Assembly: GCF_003202035.1 (NCBI RefSeq)
Contig: NZ_QJKC01000017.1
Location: 48,987 to 72,986 of the forward strand
From: Aquitalea magnusonii
GTDB taxonomy: Bacteria > Pseudomonadota > Gammaproteobacteria > Burkholderiales > Chromobacteriaceae
Direction: 5' to 3'
Length of the DNA stretch: 24,000 nt
In this document: in pieces, positions 20,004 through 24,000 of the stretch
Position numbering within the stretch: position 1 is the stretch's first letter
Layout: each line of letters starts with the position of its first letter
Translations under genes and position numbers: made by a program
Notes under the pieces: generated by a model
The model's input: the letters and a program-made list of their open reading frames with translations, nothing else
The model's database searches: none
What the model was told of the DNA's origin: nothing

Positions 20004-20633
20004 TCAGGGCGCAGGTGCCAGCAGGCTGGCGGCCGGCTGGGCGGGGGAGGCCACCTTGCCATCGACAATCTGCAGTTCGCCAGCCACAAAGCGGCGCACG
20101 GCAGCCGGGTAGAGCTGGTGTTCCAGCTGCAATACCCGCGCGGCCACGCTGTCCGGGGTGTCGTCGTCCTGCAGGGTCACCACGCCCTGGGCCACGATGG
20201 GGCCGTGGTCCAGTTCGGCGGTGACAAAGTGCACGGTGCAGCCGGCTACCTTGCAGCCCATTTCCAGTGCCCGCGCATGGGTGTGCAGGCCGGGAAAGGC
20301 GGGCAGCAGCGAGGGGTGGATGTTGAGCATGCGGCCTTCGTAGCGGCGGGTGAAGTCTGCCGTGAGAATGCGCATGAAGCCGGCCAGCACCACCAGGTCG
20401 GGCTGGTAGCCGTCTATCACTTGCGCCAGCTGTGCATCAAATGCTTCGCGGCTGGCAAACTGCTTGTGGTCCACCACTGCCGTGGCAATGCCCCGCTCTG
20501 CCGCCCAGGCGAGGCCGGCGGCGTCGGGACGGTTAGACAGCACCGCGGCGATGCGCGCTGCCGGGATATTGGCCTCGACAATGGCCTGCATGTTCGAGCC
20601 GCGACCGGAAATCAGGATGACGATGTTTTTCAT
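20004..20633 (-). CDS. purN: Phosphoribosylglycinamide formyltransferase (GAR transformylase)
   Basis: MKNIVILISGRGSNMQAI..., LVVLAGFMRIL, MLNIHPSLLPAFPG and AGCTVHFVTAELDHGPI (His/Asp catalytic motif). The ATG is at 20633; the ORF-track start at 20675 is unsupported. Confidence 0.9.
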   Translation of the reverse strand: MKNIVILISGRGSNMQAIVEANIPAARIAAVLSNRPDAAGLAWAAERGIATAVVDHKQFASREAFDAQLAQVIDGYQPDLVVLAGFMRILTADFTRRYEGRMLNIHPSLLPAFPGLHTHARALEMGCKVAGCTVHFVTAELDHGPIVAQGVVTLQDDDTPDSVAARVLQLEHQLYPAAVRRFVAGELQIVDGKVASPAQPAASLLAPAP

Positions 20634-20663
20634 GGTTGCACTATGGGCTGCTGGATGTCGCCG

Positions 20664-20701
20664 GTAAAAAAACAAGCGCCGCCAGCAATGCTAGCGGCGC
20701 C
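20664..20701 (-). terminator. Intrinsic terminator/attenuator between purM and purN
   Basis: Minus strand reads GCGCCGC-T-AGC-ATT-GCT-G-GCGGCGC followed by TTGTTTTTTTAC. It starts about 20 nt after the purM stop and ends about 30 nt before the purN ATG. Confidence 0.6.
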
Positions 20702-20721
20702 GTTCGGTGTCACTGCCAGAC

Positions 20722-21759
20722 TCAGGAAATCTGGGTCTGGTGTTCGTCACCGTTGCGGGCGCGCACGCTGCCCAGACGGTGTACGGTTTCGCCTTCCTGC
20801 TGCAGCAGGGCGGTGGCGGCAGCCACATGCTCTTCGGCCACGATCACCACCATGCCGATGCCGCAGTTGAAGGTACGGTACATTTCCTGGCTGTCGACAT
20901 TGCCTTCCTTCTGCAGCCACTGGAACAGCTTGGGCAGTTCCCAGCTATTGGCATCGAGCTGGGCAACCACATTGTCCGGCAGCACGCGCGGGGTGTTTTC
21001 GGTGATGCCGCCGCCGGTGATGTGGGCCATGCCTTTGACCGGCAGGGTCTGCATCAGCTTGAGCAGGGGCTTCACATAGATGCGGGTGGGGGCAATCACC
21101 GCATCGCGCAGGCTCTTGTCGCCATCAAAGGCGGCGTCCAGATCCGGCTGGGCACGGTCGATGATCTTGCGCACCAGGCTGTAGCCATTGGAATGCACAC
21201 CGTTGGAACCCAGGCCCAGCACCACGTCCCCCGGGACAATGGTACGGCCGGTGATCACCTGGCTCTTTTCCACCACACCGACGGCAAAGCCGGCCAGATC
21301 GTATTCGCCCACCGGGTACATGCCCGGCATTTCGGCGGTTTCGCCGCCAATCAATGCACAACCGGCCTGTTCGCAACCAGCGGCAATGCCCTTGATCACG
21401 TCGGTGGCTTGCGGGACATCCAGCTTGCCGCAGGCGAAGTAATCCAGGAAGAACAGCGGCTCGGCACCCTGAACCAGGATGTCGTTCACGCTCATGGCCA
21501 CCAGATCGATGCCGACGGTGTCGTGGCGATTCCAGTCAAAGGCGAGTTTCAGCTTGGTGCCCACGCCATCGGTGCCGGATACCAGGACGGGCTCTTTGTA
21601 CTTTTTGGAAATTTCCACCAGTGCGCCGAAACCGCCGATACCACCGAGAACTTCCGGGCGCATGGTGCGCTTGGCATAGGGCTTGATGTTTTCGACGAGC
21701 GCGTCGCCGGCGTCGATATCCACGCCTGCATCACGGTAACTGAGGGACTGGGTGCTCAA
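20722..21759 (-). CDS. purM: Phosphoribosylformylglycinamidine cyclo-ligase (AIR synthetase)
   Basis: The 345-aa product begins (M)[25 protein letters not shown] and contains [19 protein letters not shown] and DYFACGKL. It uses a TTG start at 21759-21757, the only start codon downstream of the in-frame stop at 21795-21793. Confidence 0.95.
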   Translation of the reverse strand: MSTQSLSYRDAGVDIDAGDALVENIKPYAKRTMRPEVLGGIGGFGALVEISKKYKEPVLVSGTDGVGTKLKLAFDWNRHDTVGIDLVAMSVNDILVQGAEPLFFLDYFACGKLDVPQATDVIKGIAAGCEQAGCALIGGETAEMPGMYPVGEYDLAGFAVGVVEKSQVITGRTIVPGDVVLGLGSNGVHSNGYSLVRKIIDRAQPDLDAAFDGDKSLRDAVIAPTRIYVKPLLKLMQTLPVKGMAHITGGGITENTPRVLPDNVVAQLDANSWELPKLFQWLQKEGNVDSQEMYRTFNCGIGMVVIVAEEHVAAATALLQQEGETVHRLGSVRARNGDEHQTQIS

Positions 21760-21801
21760 GGTAAACTCGCTTTCTGCTAACTTGAAGTATTTTCACGTCA
21801 A

Positions 21802-21821
21802 GCTTTCGCTGATGCGAAAGC
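21802..21821. promoter_or_regulatory. Perfect 8-bp inverted repeat upstream of purM (candidate operator or 5'-UTR hairpin)
   Basis: GCTTTCGC-TGAT-GCGAAAGC, located 43-62 nt upstream of the purM start. A TAAAAT -10-like hexamer on the minus strand (21832-21827) lies just upstream of it. Confidence 0.3.
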
Positions 21822-22062
21822 ACTGTATTTTAACTGAATTTCTGCCAGAAAGCCGCGCTTAATTTGCAATGGCGCAGCAGAAAGCGCCGTGGCGGCTAGC
21901 CGGGCCTGCCCCGGTGCCGGGCCGGCCATGCCAGGCCGGGCTGCGCTGACGCGCTTTTATCCGCCTGGAATCGCCAAACTAATGGCATGCAGCGGTTTCG
22001 CCAACAGGCCATCTCGGCGTAAAATCACCGTCTGACTTCAATCGGCCCACACGACCTTACTC

Positions 22063-22740
22063 TTGGACCAGCTAGTACTAGACCTGACCCCCACGCCGCT
22101 GCCGGCCTTCGACAATTTCCTGGCCCAGCGCAACCGCGAGGTGATCACCGCCCTCACGGCGGAGGATGGCGAGCGCTTCATCTATCTGTGGGGCGAGCCG
22201 GGCAGTGGCAAGACCCACCTGCTGCAAGCCTGGATTGCCCATGCCGAGCGGCTGGGCCGCGCCTCCATCTATCTGGATGGCCAGAAGGAACATCTGCCGG
22301 ATTTTGCCCGCGAAGCCAGCTTTATTGCGGTGGACCATGTCGACGACCTGGCCCCGGACGACCAGATCACCCTGTTCTCCTTTTATAACTCGCTGAAGGA
22401 AAGTGGCGAGGGCCGGCTATTGATGGCCGGACGCAAGCCACCGATGGCCGCCGCCGTGCGCGACGACCTGCGCACCCGGCTGGGCTGGGGACTGGTGCTG
22501 GAAGTGAAGGCCCTGTCCGACGACGACAAGCTGGCCGCGCTGCGTACTCATGCCGCCAACCGCCAGCTGGCGATTGCCGACGATGTGTTCCGTTACCTGC
22601 TTACCCACTGGCGGCGCGACCTGTCCAGCCTGATCGGCATGCTGGACATGCTGGACCGCTATTCGCTGGCGCTGCGCCGCCCCATCACCGTGCCGCTGGT
22701 GAAAAACGTTTTGCAAACCGCGAGTTCTTCCGACACATGA
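22063..22740 (+). CDS. hda: DnaA regulatory inactivator Hda (AAA+ DnaA-related protein)
   Basis: 225 aa. The N-terminus (M)DQLVLDLTP carries a beta-clamp-binding QLxLxL-type motif. The Walker A motif is LWGEPGSGKTHLL and the Walker B-like motif is FIAVDHVDDL. An Arg-rich sensor region includes RLGWGLVLEVKALSD. It uses a TTG start at 22063, the first start codon after the in-frame TGA at 22033. Confidence 0.85.
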   Translation: MDQLVLDLTPTPLPAFDNFLAQRNREVITALTAEDGERFIYLWGEPGSGKTHLLQAWIAHAERLGRASIYLDGQKEHLPDFAREASFIAVDHVDDLAPDDQITLFSFYNSLKESGEGRLLMAGRKPPMAAAVRDDLRTRLGWGLVLEVKALSDDDKLAALRTHAANRQLAIADDVFRYLLTHWRRDLSSLIGMLDMLDRYSLALRRPITVPLVKNVLQTASSSDT

Positions 22741-23423
22741 CCCAAGCACGCAATCTGGCCCTGTTTGACCTGGACAACACCCTGCTGATCGGCGACTCCG
22801 ATTTCGAATGGCCGCGCTTCCTGATCAAGCGCGGCATTGTCGACCAGGCCTATTACGATCACCGCAATAATCACTTCTACGAACAGTACAAGGCCGGCAC
22901 GCTGAATATCGGCGAGTATCTGGAATTTGCGCTGGAGCCGCTCACCCGTTACGACAACACCGAGCTGGCAGCACTGCATGCCGCTTATATGGATGAGCAT
23001 ATCCGTCCCATCATTCCGCAAGCCGCGCGCGACCTGCTCAATCTGCACCGCCAGCAGGGCGATGAAATCCTCATCATCACCGCCACCAACCGTTTCATCA
23101 CCGGTCCCATCGCCGCCGAACTGGGCGTGGATGACGAACACCTGATCGCCATCGACCTGGAACGCAGCGCCGATGGCCGCTACACCGGCAAGCACACCGG
23201 CGTGCCCAGCTTCCAGGGCGGCAAGATCACCCGGCTGGAAATGTGGCTGGCCGAACGCGGCCAGACGCTGGCCAGCTATGGCCGCAGCTTTTTCTACAGC
23301 GATTCGCACAACGACTTGCCACTGCTGTCCATCGTCAGCAACCCGGTGGCGGTGGACCCGGACGATACCCTGCGCCAGCACGCCAAGGAGCAGGGCTGGC
23401 CCATCATCAGCCTGCGCGGCTAA
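22737..23423 (+). CDS. HAD-superfamily hydrolase, subfamily IB (SerB-like phosphatase fold)
   Basis: 228 aa. HAD motif I is LALFDLDNTLL, motif II is ILIITATN, and motif III/IV is KHTGVPSFQGGKITRL...FYSDSHNDLPLL. Its ATG at 22737 overlaps the hda TGA (ATGA). Confidence 0.85.
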   Translation: MTQARNLALFDLDNTLLIGDSDFEWPRFLIKRGIVDQAYYDHRNNHFYEQYKAGTLNIGEYLEFALEPLTRYDNTELAALHAAYMDEHIRPIIPQAARDLLNLHRQQGDEILIITATNRFITGPIAAELGVDDEHLIAIDLERSADGRYTGKHTGVPSFQGGKITRLEMWLAERGQTLASYGRSFFYSDSHNDLPLLSIVSNPVAVDPDDTLRQHAKEQGWPIISLRG

Positions 23424-23445
23424 GCCCGCCATCATCCCGTCCGTG

Positions 23446-23477
23446 CAGGTTGGCCGCAGTGCCAGCCTGTTTTTTTG
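23446..23477 (+). terminator. Intrinsic terminator after the HAD hydrolase gene
   Basis: CAGGTTGGC, loop CGCAGT, GCCAGCCTG (one G-U pair), followed by TTTTTTT. Confidence 0.75.
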
Positions 23478-23490
23478 CCCGGAGAACGAC

Positions 23491-24000
23491 ATGCAGCAAC
23501 TTGAAGCCTTTCTGGCCCGCGCCGAAGCCCTGCTGGCCCGTCTCGAACCCTTGCTGCCTCCGGCCCGGCCCGAGCCGGACTGGAGCGCACCAGCCTATCG
23601 CTGGCGGCGTCAGGGCATGGCCGGCTGGCTGGAGAGCGTCAACCAGCCGCACACCCTGCCGCTGGCGCGGCTGACCCATATCGACAACCAGCTCAAGCTC
23701 TTGGTGCGCAACACCCGCCAGTTCGTCAAAGGCAAACCGGCCAATAATGTGCTGCTGACCGGCGCGCGCGGCACTGGCAAATCGTCATTGGTGAAAGCCC
23801 TGCTGCCAGAATTCGCCGACAAGGGCCTGCGCATCATCGAGGTGGACAAGGAGCATCTGTCCGACCTGGCCGAGATCATGGCGCTGGTGGCCGGGCGCAA
23901 GGAGCGCTACATCCTGTTCTGTGACGACCTGTCGTTTGAAGATGGCGACGATGCCTACAAGGCGCTGAAAACCGCGCTGGATGGCGGCCTGGCACGGCGG
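23491..24000 (+). CDS. DUF815-type AAA+ ATPase, 3'-truncated by the window end
   Basis: Not in the ORF track because no stop is reached. My own frame-1 translation from the ATG at 23491 (GGAGA RBS at 23481) gives MQQLEAFLARAEALLARLEPLL...NNVLLTGARGTGKSSLVKALL...RYILFCDDLSFEDGDDAYKALK. This includes Walker A and Walker B motifs. The reading frame stays open for 170 codons to position 24000. Confidence 0.8.
   Translation, partial: MQQLEAFLARAEALLARLEPLLPPARPEPDWSAPAYRWRRQGMAGWLESVNQPHTLPLARLTHIDNQLKLLVRNTRQFVKGKPANNVLLTGARGTGKSSLVKALLPEFADKGLRIIEVDKEHLSDLAEIMALVAGRKERYILFCDDLSFEDGDDAYKALKTALDGGLARR

Noticed and set aside
21957-21965. A DnaA-box-like TTATCCGCC upstream of hda.
   Set aside because: It matches only 7 of 9 positions of TTATCCACA, and both mismatches fall in the critical CACA portion. 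It is a single copy, which is insufficient to call.
10531-23492. Other long antisense ORFs: 10531-11601(-), 11878-13134(+), 13334-13924(+), 13875-14666(+), 14712-15467(+), 16080-17513(+), 17713-18831(+), 19398-20870(+), 20707-21780(+) and 22659-23492(-). The same applies to 186-1013(+) and 3153-3755(+).
   Set aside because: Each one mirrors a gene on the opposite strand that has clear family motifs. Their translations are Arg/Gly/His/Ala/Gln-rich with no recognisable domains, no RBS and no sensible boundaries. These are shadow ORFs caused by GC3-biased codon usage.

Overview
A chromosomal segment from a high-GC Gram-negative bacterium. Gene content and order suggest a betaproteobacterium of the Neisseriales/Chromobacterium type, but that is inference only. 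I support 20 protein-coding genes, one truncated at the window end, plus several intrinsic terminators and two RNA antitermination switches.

Gene content, left to right:
- A minus-strand beta-glucoside (bgl) PTS operon: bglG, bglF, bglB, an OprD-type porin and a secreted histidine phosphatase. Classic BglG RAT/terminator elements sit in front of bglG and bglF.
- An isochorismatase-family hydrolase, divergent from a ~940-aa FAD/Fe-S/CCG D-2-hydroxyacid (D-lactate type) dehydrogenase.
- Two tandem YhhY-like GNAT acetyltransferases.
- A uracil salvage locus (upp, uraA) interrupted by an unrecognisable 212-aa gene.
- A stand-alone EAL protein, monothiol glutaredoxin grxD, and a ClC anion channel homolog.
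- purM, then purN, a DUF3108 protein and a Sun-family RNA methyltransferase.
- Divergently, hda, a HAD-IB hydrolase, and a partial DUF815 ATPase.

I found no rRNA, tRNA, CRISPR array, transposase, integrase or phage gene. The many long ORFs antisense to these genes are high-GC shadow ORFs.

I see no convincing multi-gene novel system such as a defence island or secretion system. The most novelty-relevant items are:
- the orphan gene embedded in the upp-uraA locus;
- a sharply low-GC bglG plus leader island inside an otherwise high-GC operon;
- non-canonical tail genes on the bgl operon;
- tandem GNAT paralogs;
- several leader or inter-cistronic terminator-like structures.

All family assignments come from motif recognition by eye, not database searches.
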